DNA from: Eledone cirrhosa | Lineage: Eukaryota | Assembly (NCBI GenBank): GCA_964016885.1 | Contig: OZ024748.1 | Location: forward strand, 15,562,001 to 15,626,000 | DNA: 64,000 bases | Direction: 5' to 3' | Shown here: one piece after another, positions 16,203 to 30,656 of the stretch | How the letters are laid out: every line of letters starts with the position of its first letter | Position numbering within the stretch: the first letter of the stretch is position 1 | The notes under the pieces: model-generated | What the model saw: only the letters and a program-made list of their open reading frames with translations | Databases searched by the model: none | What the model was told of the DNA's origin: nothing | Program-made: the position numbers and the translations under genes

Positions 16203-16375
16203 TAATAATTGTTTCTACTTTTGGCACAAGACCAGCAATTACCCAGTGTATTACTGGTTATTTATTTTATCGACCCCGTAAGGATGAAAAGCAAAGTTAA
16301 CCTCGGCGGGATTTGAACTCAGAATGGCAAGGGCCGTAACTCTATGCGTCAAAGCATGGCGTCCGATCCTCTAAC
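16203..16375 (-). mobile_element. tRNA-derived SINE (family with GCCTTTCATCCTT-CGGGGTCGATAAAATAAAGTACCAG central domain)
   Basis: B box GTTCAAATCCC on the minus strand plus the conserved central domain; homologous to many copies in the window. Confidence 0.75.
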
Positions 16376-16479
16376 ATATGTTAACAGGGTTGAAGGCATT
16401 AAACAGAGGAAGGAACCTCTGTGAAATGAAGTGGCTGCTGGAGTAGATATTACAGGCTGGCCTTTGTGGAAATTCTTTT

Positions 16480-17215
16480 GCCATCTTGTCTGCTGGAATA
16501 TACTGTCTGCTGGGATATATTATCTGCCATATTATCAGCCATCTTGTCTGCTGAGATATACTGTCTGACATCTTGTCTGCTGAGATATACTATCTGACAT
16601 CTTGTCTGCAGAGATATACTATCTGACATCTTGTCTGCAGAGATATACTATCTGACATCTTGTCTGCTGAGATATACTATCTGACATCTTGTCTGCTGAG
16701 ATATACTGTCTGATATGTTGCCTGCAGAGATATACTGTCTGACATTATCAGCCATCTTGTCTGCTGGGATATATTGTCTGCTGGAATATACTGTCTGCTG
16801 AGATATACTGTCTGTCATCTTGTCTGCAGAGATATACTGTCTGCTGAGATATACTGTCTGACATCTTGTCTGCTGGGAAATACTGTCTGACATCTTGTCT
16901 GCTGGGATATACTGTCTGACATCTTGCCTGTTGGGATATACTGTCTGACATCTTGTCTGCTGGGATATACTGTCTGACATCTTGTCTGCTGGGATATACT
17001 GTCTGACATCTTGTCTGTTGGGATATACTGTCTAACATCTTGTCTGCTGGGATATATTGCCTGCTGGAATATACTGTTTGACATCTTGTCTGCTGGGATA
17101 TACTGTCAGCCATATACTGGGATATACTGTCTAACATCTTGTCTGCTGGGATATACTGTCTGACATATCTGCTGCAATATACTGTCAGCCATTTTGTCTG
17201 CTGGGATATATTGTT
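16480..17215. repeat. 29-bp minisatellite (ATCTTGTCTGCTGGGATATACTGTCTGAC)n with 17-bp sub-units
   Basis: Period 29 (for example unit starts at 16921 and 16950); more than 20 copies with no unique spacers. Confidence 0.92.
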
Positions 17216-17300
17216 AAAACAAAGGTGTGGAGGTTCATTTTGTTTTCTGTTGTGAGTGTTTTTTTGTTTTTTTGTATTTCTTATCTGTTCTTGTTGTGAG

Positions 17301-18092
17301 TCATCATCATCATCATCATCATCAGGTTTAGCGTCCGTGTTCCACGCTTGCATGGGTTTGGACGGGGGTTTTCCCACTTGAGGCAAGAGTGGTTGTCTTG
17401 CTCGCATAGGACTGTCTGGCGGGTTTTCTACAGTTGGATGCCCTTCCTAACACCAACCACATTTACAGTGTGGGGCTGGGAGGTTTTTACCGTGTTGCCT
17501 ACACGGCCACATTACAGCGTGGACTGTCTGGCGGGTTTTCTACAGCTGGATGCCCTTCCTAACACCAACCACATTTACAGTGTGGGGCTGGGAGGTTTTT
17601 ACCGTGTTGCCTACACGGCCACATTTACAGTGTGGACTGTGTGTGTTTTTTTGTCGTGACACCTACACGATCTCATTTGTTTCGGCCTGGATGTTGTGGT
17701 ACCAACATAACTTTACATTGAAAGGGGCGGTGTGGATGGGGTGGAGGTGGTGGGACGGGGGTGTGTTTTGATAGAGATGCCTACTGACTGTAGTAGGTTT
17801 TTACTTTGTATTTAGGTAAGGCGGGTCTTCTCTATTACTGAGTACCGCCAAAGGTCTCGGTCCAGTGACATTGTCTTGGAGAGGTGTAAGCGTGTGAGGT
17901 CGGAATTTATCAGCTCGTCCCATGTTTTTCTGGGTCTGCCTACTCCGTGGCTACCGTCTATCTTTATTGCCCTGCACTTTGTTATACAGCTGTCGTCTTT
18001 CATGCGCATCACGTGACCGTACCAACGTAGCCTTCTCTCGAGTAAACAACATCTGATCCCTCTTATTTCTAATTTTTTCCTTAGTTCGAGTA
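17301..18092 (-). mobile_element. 5'-truncated RTE LINE, second subfamily, with internally duplicated 3' UTR
   Basis: ORF 17812-18012 (GHV)MMRMKDDSC...GRPRKTWDE; (GAT)n tail at 17301-17323; tandem duplication of about 111 bp at 17409-17632. Confidence 0.88.
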
Positions 18093-19554
18093 TTTGAAAA
18101 AATTAAATAATAATCATTCTCTAATTAATTTTTTTTTTTAATGTTAAAATAATTTGTAAGAAAATAATATCCCACTGCCAAAAGGATTGAGAAGAATTTA
18201 TATTTGTGTCAGAGGTTTGAAAACCACTAGCATTTGGTGACTACATGATAAATACACCCAGTACAGTCTGTAAAGTGTTTGGTGATATGAAGGGCATCCA
18301 ACCATAGAAAACTTAAACCAACAATCAAGAGATTTCTTCAATTGTGCCACAGACATGACAATCCCTGCCCCTCATGTTAGCAGTTTCAAGAATAAACATA
18401 CCCAGTACATTATATAAAGGGGTTAGTGAGAGGGGGTACACCCAGCTGGAGCTAACCTATCAAACAAAGGTTTGGGAGTTGGGTGGACTGTTCAGCTGCA
18501 TCAATAACATTACAACTTCCCTAGCACTCTAGTATTGTTGTCATGATAGCAAACACTTGATAGTGAGTAGGATCATATGTCATACCATCTTGATGGTAGT
18601 GGGTCCTGCTTGAGCACTGATTGGTCTATGATGACAAATCTAATAGCAGTAAACGATCATCATGATCTGTCAAAGTGAAATCTAATTCCTAATATTTCGA
18701 GAAAAAAAAATGTGTCTGTGTATGAGAGAGAAAGAAGGGGAAAGACATTTTAGTGAGTGCAATTCAAATTTCAAAATGACTTTTTAAATAGCACTTTAAA
18801 ATAAATTTCAAACAGTGTATCCATAACAGAGTGTAGAACCCAGCTGAGACAAATAGCTGCAATGTAATAACAATGCCTAAAATTGATATATTTTGGAATA
18901 TGGTATTTATATTCCAAATAAAGAGAAAAACAAAACTATTAAGTATAAGAAAAAACATCAAAATAATCTACAGCTGTAGCTTCAGGAGAATGCTGAAACA
19001 AACATCAATGACCCTATGGCATCTATCTTTACTTGTTAAAATAATTTATAAATTATCAATTAAATAACTCTTGGTTTTAATTGGGGAATTAAGATTCATG
19101 GGTCAGTGAATTGAAATCAAGCCAAGCACTAGTATGGAACTTTATTTCTCTGCTATAAAACTGATTGCCTGAAGGTACAGATACGACATGCAATGAAATA
19201 TCAGAAGCTGTTCTGGAAAAGCCATTATTTCCCAAGGTTTTTTTAATTTATTTATGCTATATTCAAATATCTCTGTTAAAAGATGAACAATGATGTCATA
19301 ATGTACTCTAAATTAATTTCTTCAGTGATGTAAAAACGTTTCCTCGGGGGGAAAAAAAAAATCATCTACCACACCTTTTACTCACGATCCAGTAACTCAC
19401 ATCTACTTCATCCCCCTAGGTGGTCTGTAAGAATAACTTCCAAATTGATCTCAAATTTACATGTCTATGTTTTTATAGATACATACATATATGCCAACAT
19501 ACATACATGCATACAAATGTATATATATATATATTTATATATACACACACACAC

Positions 19555-19882
19555 CTTGTTTCGAGTTTCCACATTTATTTATTTTATGCTGGAAGGTTGG
19601 TTCATGAACTTCTTCGTTCCTGAAGGTCATTCTTCATCTGAAATGTTTGTAAACCAAAACTATTTTTCCTATACAAAATGTTGAGAGAGGAATACAATGA
19701 GAAAGAGACTGTGAGTGAAAGACAAATAGATATCATCATAGTAACTACCTTCACAGCAAGTGACGCTTTCCTGTCAATACTTCAAACATGTTGTTGCTGG
19801 CTTGTGTTTTCATTACTCAAGACACTGTTCATGAACTGATTTGTTCATGATGAGAGGCGTTCGTGAACTGAGGTGCCACTGT
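19555..19882. mobile_element. pogo/Tigger-like DNA transposon remnant
   Basis: Ends GTTCGTGAACTGAGGTGCCACTG, resembling the Tigger-type terminus CGAGGTACCACTGTA; the other end is degenerate. Confidence 0.4.
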
Positions 19883-19894
19883 GTGTGTCTGTGT

Positions 19895-19926
<32 letters not shown>

Positions 19927-19954
19927 GTTATACATATATAGATATATATATATA

Positions 19955-20163
19955 TGGGAAAATATTCAGGATCCCAAAGGCTGAGCTCCAGCTGTTTTGA
20001 GAGCTAGATCTGAACTCAGGTTCAGATCTAGCTGTCAAAATGGCTGGAGCCCAGCCGTCAGGGTCCTGACTCTTTTCCTATTACCCACTCTACTACCCTA
20101 AGTATTGAGTACTCTAGTCCATTATGGTCCACCTGGTATCTTACCATACTCTCTTTATTGTTT
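19955..20163 (+). mobile_element. Fold-back half-hammerhead element, copy 2
   Basis: Hairpin centred on AGCTAGATCTGAAC...GTTCAGATCTAGCT, with the same tail as 4941-5137; in (TA)n. Confidence 0.72.
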
Positions 20164-20418
20164 ATATATTTATATATATATATATCATCATACCATCATA
20201 ACTGTTGCCTATTTTTCATGCTTGCAAGGGTTAGATGGCTTGATATGTACTGAGGCTTAGATAGGTCAGGTAGTCACATCTTGCTCATACAGAACTGTTT
20301 CTGGTTTGGTTTCTATGGCTGGATGCTCTTCTTATTCCCAACAACATTACACTATGGACTAACTGCTTTTAATTGTGGCACCAAAACGACCATCAATGAG
20401 AGTTACCTGGGTTGTTTT

Positions 20419-20451
<33 letters not shown>

Positions 20452-21501
20452 GAATACATATATGTATATGGATCATCATTATAATAATTATCTTTTTTTA
20501 TGCAATTTTTCCTGGCAATTTTAGACAAGATATTTTCAAATAGAAATTTATACCTGAATAGCCTTTCTCATAACCCCACCAAGATCACTATCATCATGCG
20601 ATGCTGCATCAACTGAAGGTAAACAATCCCTACATTAATCAAGGAACATAACGCGTTCCTTTTAACAGTAACAATATTTCAGAAATACAGACAATCACAG
20701 ATTTTGCTAAGTAAAAACTGTACTAAAATCTCACAGGTGAGCTTTTTAAAAACAAACTTTTTGTGTAGATATCGGTTGTAATATCCTTCAAAGTAATCTA
20801 TATATATTATTTATTCCAGAAGGGAACAAATATAAAATCTTGGGAAATATCCAAAGAATTTTATCTCAGATTCAGATGATGATGATAACAATGATGATAA
20901 TGAGGATGATGATGACGATGATGATGATGCATTATTTTATTTTTACCTATTTATATTTTAATTATTTTTAATAAAGAATAGATGAATAAAGAAAACAAGA
21001 AAAACAGACAAAAAATTCAGAAATTGTAATTTTTGTTATAGTTAAAGAATTTTTTATAAATTTTAATATATAAAAAAATGAATAAATAAAATAAATAAAA
21101 TAAAATAAAAACAAAATTATATACTTTTAAATTCTAAAGGGAATAATATTCTGAAACTTTATGAAAATTCCCCCAACGACACATTTTTAACTTTGAAAGA
21201 ACATTTTGGAAACTTATCAGTGATTTTTATGAAACATTAGAAGTCTTTTAAAAGTATATTAAAATTTCATTTATTTTTTAAACAAACAATTTTCAGTGCA
21301 ACCAACCTTTTCGTTTTTTTTGTCGTTTTTTATTTTGTTTTTAAGATAAAAAATATCTCAGATGAAGCAAGCAGTAGCAATCATGTAACTAGTAGCTGAA
21401 TTATTGAACACTTTGTCAACAGCAAATCAATACTTTAAGGAGCTAACGTACATTTCTACTCAATTTTCTTAGGATTTTTCATTGTTTAGTTTTAAGATGA
21501 G

Positions 21502-21533
<32 letters not shown>

Positions 21534-21646
21534 CATAAAAATATACATATATATCTATATACATATATCTATATATATGTACATATATCTCTCTCTAAAT
21601 ATATATACACATATATAAACACATATATACATATACATCGACACTC

Positions 21647-21690
<44 letters not shown>

Positions 21691-21945
21691 AATTAAATAT
21701 ATATTTTTAATTCTGAGCTTTAAAAATAAAAAGTAACAAAAATTAAATCAAACAACAAGTCTTTTTGTGTGTAATTGAATATCATATATATACATATATA
21801 TATCATCGTTTAACATCTATCTTCCATGCTAGCATGATATATATATGTTTGTGTGTGTGTATATGTGTAAATATATATATGTTTGTATATATATATATAT
21901 TATATATAATAAATATGAATGCGTTTGTTGTGTATATATATATAT

Positions 21946-22103
21946 AACGAAGGAAATGTGGTAAGGAACCAGGTGGACCATAACGCACCAAAGTACTCAA
22001 TACTTAGGGTAGTAGAGTGGGTAATAGGAACAAATAAGACCCCGACGGCTGAGCTCAAGCCGTTTCGACGTCCAGAATTAGCCGTCGGGGTCTTACTTGT
22101 TCC

Positions 22104-22106
<3 letters not shown>
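21946..22106 (-). mobile_element. Fold-back half-hammerhead element, copy 3
   Basis: Reverse complement reads GTC-GAAA-CGGCT-TGAGCTC-AGCCG-TC-GGGGTC followed by the shared tail; in (TA)n. Confidence 0.72.
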
Positions 22107-22134
<28 letters not shown>

Positions 22135-22654
22135 ATAATAATAAAATTGAAGACTAAAATCCAAAGAGGGCTCGATAAGGAAAATATATATCAAATATAT
22201 AAGAATCGTAGAGAAAATATTTATTAAAATAACAGATTAAAGTTTAAGCAAAGAATCGCTGCTTTCGCCCTTAACGGGATATATATATATATATATATAT
22301 ACACAGGTTATGTATCTTCTCAGGAATTTCTTTTCAATCAATTTCAACCAAAATTCATATGTAGCTTTTTTGCACTAGAACAAGTTTTGTACTGTAAAAA
22401 TATTGTAAAGAAATTTTCTCATGGGACATGAAGATGCTGCTGATAATATAAAACTAATTAACAAGTAAACATAAACAACCTCATTCTATAAAAGTAATCA
22501 GCTTAATCACTAGTTTTATACTAAATTTAATACGGGACCTAAGAAACCTTCGATAAATTCTTTACTAAATCTTATTGGTGAAATATCATATTCTCCATTC
22601 CATCTCATTTGTATTTTTCATTTTAAGATTAACTATTCCCTAAACATATTTTCT

Positions 22655-23445
22655 ATTTCATTGTTTCTACTTTTGGCACAAAGCCAGCAATTACTCAGTG
22701 CATTACTGGTACTTTATTTTATCAACATATTTTCTAATAATTGTTTCTACTTTTGGCACAAGGCCAGCAATTATCCAGTACATTACTGGTACTTTATTTT
22801 ATCGACCCCGTAAGGATGAAAGGCAAAGTTAACCTCGACGGGATTTGAACTTAGACCGTAAAGGGACGTAACTATGCTGGAAAGCATAGCGCCCGACTCT
22901 CTACCGATACTGCCAATTCACCGCCCTCATATTTTCTAATAATGAAATATATAACAGATGGAATTGTAGAAAAGCAAAGGTATAGAGAGATGTTGATGAT
23001 TTAAACACAAGGTGAACAATTTTGGCAGAGGAGACAGTCAATTAAATCAAGGCCAGTGCATTACTGGTACTTTATTTTATCAACCTCATAAAGATGAAAG
23101 GCAAAGCTAACCTCAGCAGGAATTGAACTCAGAATGTATAGGGAAATAACTATATGACACAAAGCATGTTCGATGCACTACCAATTCTGCAAATCCACCA
23201 CCTCTTTTTATATCTTTTAATAATGGTTTCTTATATAGGCACAAGGTCAGCAATTTGGGGGGTTTGGGAGACGTCGATGAAATTGACCCCAGTGCGTGAC
23301 TGGTACTTTATTTTATCAACCTTGTAAGGATGAAAGGCAAAGTTAATCTCGGCGGAATTTGAACTCAGACCATAAAGGACTATAACTCTTTGCTGCAAGG
23401 CATAGTGTCTGGCTCTCCACCGATAATGCCAATCCACAACCCTGA
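22655..23445 (-). mobile_element. Cluster of 3-4 tRNA-derived SINE copies (full copy 22735-22927)
   Basis: Minus strand GGGCGGTGAATTGGCAGTATCGGTAG (A box) ... GTTCAAATCCC (B box) ... central domain ... GTGCCAAAAGTAGAAACAATTATT tail, repeated at about 22735, 23000 and 23220. Confidence 0.8.
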
Positions 23446-25059
23446 AAGAAATATATAAATAATGGAATAATACTAGTTCGTTCTGACATACCTACCAAAA
23501 TAGCAAAGCAAATATGTAGAGAGTTAGACCACTTCAATGTAAAGATCTATTTTTTGTTAGAAATTGTTTTTCCATAACTAAATACTTCAATATTTTGGTA
23601 AGATCAAAGTACTGAAACACATATTTGAGTGTTGGTACATCATCATCATCATCATACGTCTATTTTCTGTACTTGCATGGGTTGTCAAGTTCCAAGCCTA
23701 AATTGGCTGAGGTGACCAGGTCTTGGCATAGTTTCATCATCCTCATCATTTTACTTCTTTCCACATGGGTGAACTCATCATGCTATAATACATTCCATAT
23801 TTGGCATAGTTTCTACATATGGATGATTTCCTTAATGCTAACTACCTTACAGAGTGTACTGGATACATTACCACTTTTTTGCATGGACTGGATACATTTT
23901 ATTGTGACACCAGCATTACCACTTTTCCAAGTGAGTACATTTTATCGCAGTACCAGCACTTCCACTTCATTGAGTGTATTGGGTGCATTTTTTCATAGCA
24001 CCAGCACTGGAGAGTTTGTCATATGCACCAGTAGGCTGAAAGTCACTTGACAAATAAATCAAAAGCTTTTAATAACATCAGTTAATAATAATTGCTTGTA
24101 ATTATCTAAAGTTATTAATACTAATTTTTATTGACACAGTCATCAATTATGCAATCATAACATTAAATTTGAATTTAAAAATACAGAAAATGATATTAAT
24201 CCTGTGCAACTCTACTTAACGTCAGCTTCAGGAATTGGACATTCCATATATAACTGATGTAATGGTTAATAAAAGTTTTTTTTTAATATTTACATCAAAC
24301 GATTATAAACAAAATTTTAATATGAAGTAATTAATACATAATTACAAGTATATAAAGGAAATCTTAATTGCAAGAAACATATAAAAAAAAAAAAAAAAAA
24401 GATAACTTAATATCCTAACTTGTAAATATATTTCACAGCCATAGTTTTATTCCAAAATTTATATGTAAATTACCTTAACTATATATATCATATAATAAAT
24501 ATATATCATATAATATATAATATAATTTTCCTAAGTAGGTTTAATTAAGATATGAGATTATTTAGTAGCTGTTGCAACTGCTGTTGTAAAGCAGAGAGTT
24601 AGTAGAACTATTAAGGTCACCATCACCATCACCATCACTGCCATCACCATCACCGTTTTTATGTCCCTTTTTCCACACTTGCATGGGTTAGATATGACAT
24701 TCTCAGCACAGCATCTGTCCACTCACCATGTTCCTTCATTAGTTGTCAGAGAAAACCTCTTGCCAATAATTGTCCCACTATTATTCTGAGTTCAAATCCT
24801 GCCGAGGTCTACTTTGCCTGTCACCCTAAACAAAATTGATGAATTAAAGTACCACCAGTTATGGGAAGTTGATTGATGCAATTGTCAGAACATCAGGTAT
24901 CAGACAAAATGCTTTGGAACTATTTGTTCCATCCAGATATTTACATTTTCTACTCAAATCCTGCCAATGTCTAATTTGTTTATCTTTCAGCTTTTTATGG
25001 GTTATTAAAATAAAATAGCACCAACCAGTTTTAAGGTGGTGGATTAGTGAAATTAGACA

Positions 25060-25170
25060 AGATGCTACATGCATTGAGTCCTTGAGCAAGACACTTTATT
25101 CTACATTGCTCCAGTTCACTCAGCTGGAGAAATGAGTTGCGACATCACTGGTGCAAAGCTGTATCACCAT
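25060..25170 (+). mobile_element. CORE-like SINE fragment
   Basis: TCCTTGAGCAAGACACTTTATT...CCAGTTCACTCAGCTG...AAATGAGT; related sequence at 42930-43075 (+) and 58135-58375 (-). Confidence 0.55.
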
Positions 25171-25959
25171 TTGACTGCTGTATCACCATTTGACCTGGTG
25201 CTGATGCCATGATAAAATACATCGAGTACATCCTTCTAAGAGGCCAGCTAAACCTGTCTAGTTGTGAGCTGTAACAACACAATAGCACCAGGACTCCTAT
25301 TATTAAAACATTCAAGAAACCTACTATGAGATGAAACCTCAGAGGTCAGCTAAACCTGTCTAGGTGTGAACAGTAAATTTTTTTTTTTTTTTGCTTTTGC
25401 TTTTTCCAAAAAGTTAGAAATACTTTCTATTTCTACAGAAAGCTGAAAATTCCTTGTAGGGCAGAAGAAATTTGACTGAAATATCAGATGACATTCCAAA
25501 AGGCAGCAAGAATAATGAATACCATATTTGGATGCTTTAGGCTAAATGTCAATCCCTTCACAATGGAAATGATAAGCAATTAGTAAAGTAAAGAAGGTAG
25601 TTTGAGAGACTGCTATCAGCGATGTTAATATATTTAAATCTTTGTGATGTGTGCTGACGGTTTGACCAGTTCTCGAGAGCTTAGATGGAGACAATGAGAA
25701 ATTCAATACAGAAAAATTTCAGCTTAACTTCATATTTGAACTACATAAATAAATATCCTCTTTGAAATTCATACAGCTCTACAGATATATCGATTTCTTT
25801 ATAATTGTTGTTGCAATTGTTGTTGTTGATGGTGATGATGATGATGATGATGATGTTTAGCCCCAGGTCAACCTTGATTGATAAGACATGTTTCAGCTGT
25901 ATACATCGCATATTCTTTAACATACCATATAGTCTTAGATGTACAGTGTAAGAGGATAA

Positions 25960-26110
25960 GAGGAAATGAACTAACAGAATTGTTAGGGTGGCAGATTAAA
26001 AATGCTTCCGTATTCATACCAGCTCACTACACTGTAAGTTCAAATCTCATCAATATCAACTTTGTCTTTTATCCTTTCAAGGTTGACAAAAAATAGTACG
26101 TTTCATACAG
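25960..26110 (+). mobile_element. Diverged tRNA-derived SINE copy
   Basis: GTTCAAATC B box followed by AACTTTGTCTTTTATCCTTTCAAGGTTGA central domain. Confidence 0.55.
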
Positions 26111-27184
26111 GGGGATGATTCTTTCCTCTATATCTTTTTCTCACTTCGTCTCTCTTTATATTTAAGAAAACAGCTCTAATCAGACTTAGAGAAGGATGGG
26201 CTTCATAAGATTGAAATGTCTAAGACACACCCACCCCTATAACTCCATCAGGGATTACGGGCCGATGGATTGATATATATCTAGGATTATATTATATAAA
26301 AGGTAGTGAATTGGTAGAGTTGTTATGGCATCAAATAAAACATGGCTCAGTATTTGTTCAGGCTGTGAGCTCAAATCCACCCAAAGTCAACTTTCTTGTC
26401 TAAAGTGTCTCGAATCCAGAAGCTCATCAAGCCAGTGCTTATCCCAGTTTTCATGGTGTTAAACAACTGGGAGTACAAGACTCACCCCATAGACAGGACA
26501 CCAGTCCATCTCAGGGTTTACTATTTCCTCACTTTGAGGTCAATAAATAAAGTGCCACACAAGTCCTGAGGTTGATGCTTTCTCTATCTCCTTTTATCTC
26601 ACACATCCTCTCTCGCTGGCAGACATTGATTGTGCTTTATTTGCAGAAGAATGAGCTGCCCCAGATTATAAATGCCTATGAAACACCATGCTTCAGAACA
26701 GATCCCCTATGACTCCATTAGGAGATAAAGGCCATTTGATTTAGTATTTTTTTACATGGTGAGTCTGAATTTCTTCATAATAGTTGTTGTGACCATGTTG
26801 TATCTATTGATACATGATATATCTCTATTTATACACAGTCTCTCTAGGGCTACATGTTATTTCTATTTATAAACATTTTCTAGTGCTACATGGTGTCTTA
26901 CTATTGATACACAGTCTGTCTAGGGTCACATGATCTCTAACTATTGATAGTGCCTCATGGGGTCTGTATTGATATATTGTCTAAGACTACCTGGTATCTC
27001 TAGGTATGGTTGAATCTTTATAACGTTTGCATCATTTTCAAGAATCTTGCCCAAGTGTCTTTATTTACCAGAGCCTTGGTAGACAGAAACTGGGTGGAAG
27101 CCTATCAAATGGATTGAGCCAAGTAATTAATTTGTGTCTCCAGATCCCTAGTCTTGCTGCATATAGCATCATGATGATTCAGCT

Positions 27185-27524
27185 ATATGCATACATATAT
27201 ATATACATATATACATATACGCATATATACACACATATATATATATATACACATATATACACATACGCATATATACACACATATATATATATATATACAC
27301 ATATATACATATATATACACATATATATATATACACATATATATATATATATATACATATATATACACATATATATATATACACATATATATATACACAT
27401 ATATATATATACATACATATAATTATACATATACACATACATACTTACATATATATATACATATATATATATATATACATATTTATACATACATATACAC
27501 ATACATACTTACATATATATATAC

Positions 27525-27559
<35 letters not shown>

Positions 27560-27690
27560 CACATATATATATACATATACATATATATATATACATACAC
27601 ATATATATATACATATACATATATATATACATATACATATATATATATACACATACATATATACATATACATATATATATATACATATAC

Positions 27691-27730
<40 letters not shown>

Positions 27731-28111
27731 ATATATACATATACATATATATATATACATATACATATATATATATACACATATATATATACATATATAT
27801 ATATATACACATATATATATATACATATACATATATACACATATACATATATACACATATATATATACACATATATATATACACATATATATATACACAT
27901 ATATATATATACATATATATATATACATATATATATACATATATATATATACATATATATATACATATATATATATACATATATATATATACATATATAT
28001 ATATACATATATATATATACATATATATATATACATATATATATACATATATATATACATATATATATACATATATATATACATATATATATATACATAT
28101 ATACATACATA

Positions 28112-28149
<38 letters not shown>

Positions 28150-28154
28150 CATAT

Positions 28155-28239
<85 letters not shown>

Positions 28240-28271
28240 TACATACATATATATATATATATACATACATA

Positions 28272-28311
<40 letters not shown>

Positions 28312-28352
28312 CATACATATATATATATATATACATACATATATATATATAC

Positions 28353-28384
<32 letters not shown>

Positions 28385-28911
28385 ATACATATATATACAT
28401 ACATATATATATATATACATATATATATACATACATACATATATACATACATACATATATACATACATATATACATACATATATACATACATATATACAT
28501 ACATACATATATATATACATACATATATATATACATACATATATACATACATGGTGGCTGCCAACTCGTTTTCGAGTACGGCCACTACTTTATATCCATG
28601 TAGGAGAATCCCTACCGATGCGCTGAACGAATGTGACTTTTTAGTCCAGCCAGCGACTTGAAAACTCTGGTACAAAGACTACACTTGTGACCATTATTGA
28701 CACATAGTGCAGGGCCCATGGTACCATGTGATGACAAGTGCAGAGAGATCTCCAGATATAAAGCAATGCCTGTGCTGTGAAGCTTTTATACATACATACA
28801 TATATACATATATACATACATACATACATATATACATATATACATACATATATATATATATATACATACATATAAATATATATACATACATATATATATA
28901 TATATACATAC

Positions 28912-28950
<39 letters not shown>

Positions 28951-28960
28951 CATATATATA
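27185..28960. repeat. (TA)n/(TACA)n microsatellite field with a 240-bp unique island
   Basis: Directly visible; island at 28552-28790. Confidence 0.92.
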
Positions 28961-29345
28961 TAGAAATACAACTGGCAGTAAGAGAACAAAACAGTGAGTA
29001 CATTAAATTATTACACCCAAAAGACTTAAAACTTAGACCTATTATAGCTGGTCCAACATGCCCCACTCACCGTCTAAGCAATTTTGTTGACATTATTTTG
29101 AAACCACTATGTATTCACATACCCAGTTTCATCCGGGATGATATCGACTTCCTGTCCCATCTTCCCAAAACCACGGAAACGAATTCACTTCTACTCAGTT
29201 TTGATGTGGTAAGCCTTTACACCAACATTACACATGATTTAGGAATAAAGGCGGTTTCATCATCTGGACAGAATCTCTAGATACTCTGGATGAGTTCAAT
29301 ATCCTCCTGAATAACCTACACCCATCTCTCCAATTCACAAAAGAG

Positions 29346-30287
29346 ATGAGTAGGACCAAATTACCATTCCTAGATATAATGATAATCAAAAACGACACCA
29401 CCATTACCACGGATATATATTATAAACACACAGACACCCATCAATATCTGAATTTTAAGTCGTGCCATCCACCTCATACAAAACGCAACATCCCATACTG
29501 CCTAGCCAGAAGAATTTGTACCATTGTAGAAGATACGAATACCAGGTACAAACGCCTAACAGAACTAAGAGAATTTTTGCTCAAACAAAAATACCCATCT
29601 CTACTTATAGAAAATGGCATACAGCGGGCTATAAAAATACCTATACAACAACTTAGAACAACCCAAAGAAGAAGAAACCAAGAACTGGTCATACCGTTTA
29701 TAATGACACACAACCCATGTCACCAGAATATCTTCAACACTGCCAAAGCAAACCTACCGATCATTGCTCAAAGTAATGAATTAAAAGGCTTAATCACAGA
29801 TCGATCTTTGACTCTTAGTAAAAGACAGCCAAAAAATTTGAAGCAATTGCTAACAAAAGCAAAGTTTGACCTTAACAACAAAGACCAATCATTCACTGTA
29901 TCTAAATGCAATGATAATCGATGCGGCACATGTCAATCCATACACGCCGGTCAATATATGAAAACAAAAACTGGAAAAATATTCACAAATGCAAATATGA
30001 ACTGCAAAAGCAGAAATCTAATTTACTGCATTAAATGCCCGAATTGTGAAGAACTATATGTCGGTCAAACTGGAAATGCACTATCGGAACGTGCACGGGT
30101 ACACCGTCAACAAATCAGAGACCCAAATGTCCGTCAGATACCCCTAAGCGGCCACCTGGCAACATGTGGTCAGGGAATATTTATAATATTCCCATTCTAC
30201 AAATTACACAGCCCAAGTGAAATCAAGAGAAAAATCAAAGAAAAGAATTTTATTGATAAATTCAAACCCAAGCTAAATGAACAATAA
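29346..30287 (+). pseudogene. Penelope RT thumb + GIY-YIG endonuclease ORF (313 aa, uninterrupted remnant)
   Basis: ORF track sequence with IYCIKC...YVGQT endonuclease motifs; the upstream RT segment 28960-29270 is in another frame and the RT core between them is missing. Confidence 0.85.
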
Positions 30288-30486
30288 TAACGCCTAGGGG
30301 TATTACTTCTACTACCACTATGACCACGACCACTAACAACAACAACAATAATAATAATAATAAAAGTGATGTTGATGGTGATGATTAATAGAAAATGCTA
30401 TTTTCATCATTTCAAAAAAGCAAAACAATTGATACGTTGGATATGACTATTGGTCGTTAGCATGCTCAACCAGCCGTGACGCTTAA

Positions 30487-30594
30487 ACCAATCAGCTGTA
30501 GTAATTCAGTGAAACTACACACTGATTGGTCGAAATACAGTTTACAGGGCTTTGCATTCTGGAGCCACTTTTCTCTGTATAAAATGTATAAAAG
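30487..30594 (+). promoter_or_regulatory. Putative Pol II promoter in the Penelope 3' region (inverted CCAAT pair + two TATAAAA)
   Basis: ACCAATCAG...CTGATTGGT at 30487-30530; TATAAAA at 30578 and 30587, about 70 bp upstream of the hammerhead. Confidence 0.45.
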
Positions 30595-30656
30595 GTAGGA
30601 AATTTACCCATCTCATTACAGTTGAAAATTGCAAACTCGACTGTCACCACATATCA

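Noticed and set aside
16480-17215. 29-bp repeat array superficially like CRISPR, with repetitive ORFs
   Set aside because: Units are head-to-tail with no unique spacers, there are no cas genes, and the context is eukaryotic.
18764-18961. Possible host exons here and at about 3500-3570, 51389-51604 and 62582-62791
   Set aside because: Some splice-like signals exist, but there is no recognisable protein similarity or consistent frame. Small exons cannot be excluded without RNA-seq or homology search.
22245-22279. Minus-strand CCC-GTTAA-GGG-CGAAAG, possibly another 3' half hammerhead
   Set aside because: Too short, no convincing stem III, and only a single copy in the window.
22860-22927. tRNA gene candidates (A/B boxes)
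   Set aside because: The boxes belong to multi-copy SINE heads followed by SINE bodies; no cloverleaf could be drawn.
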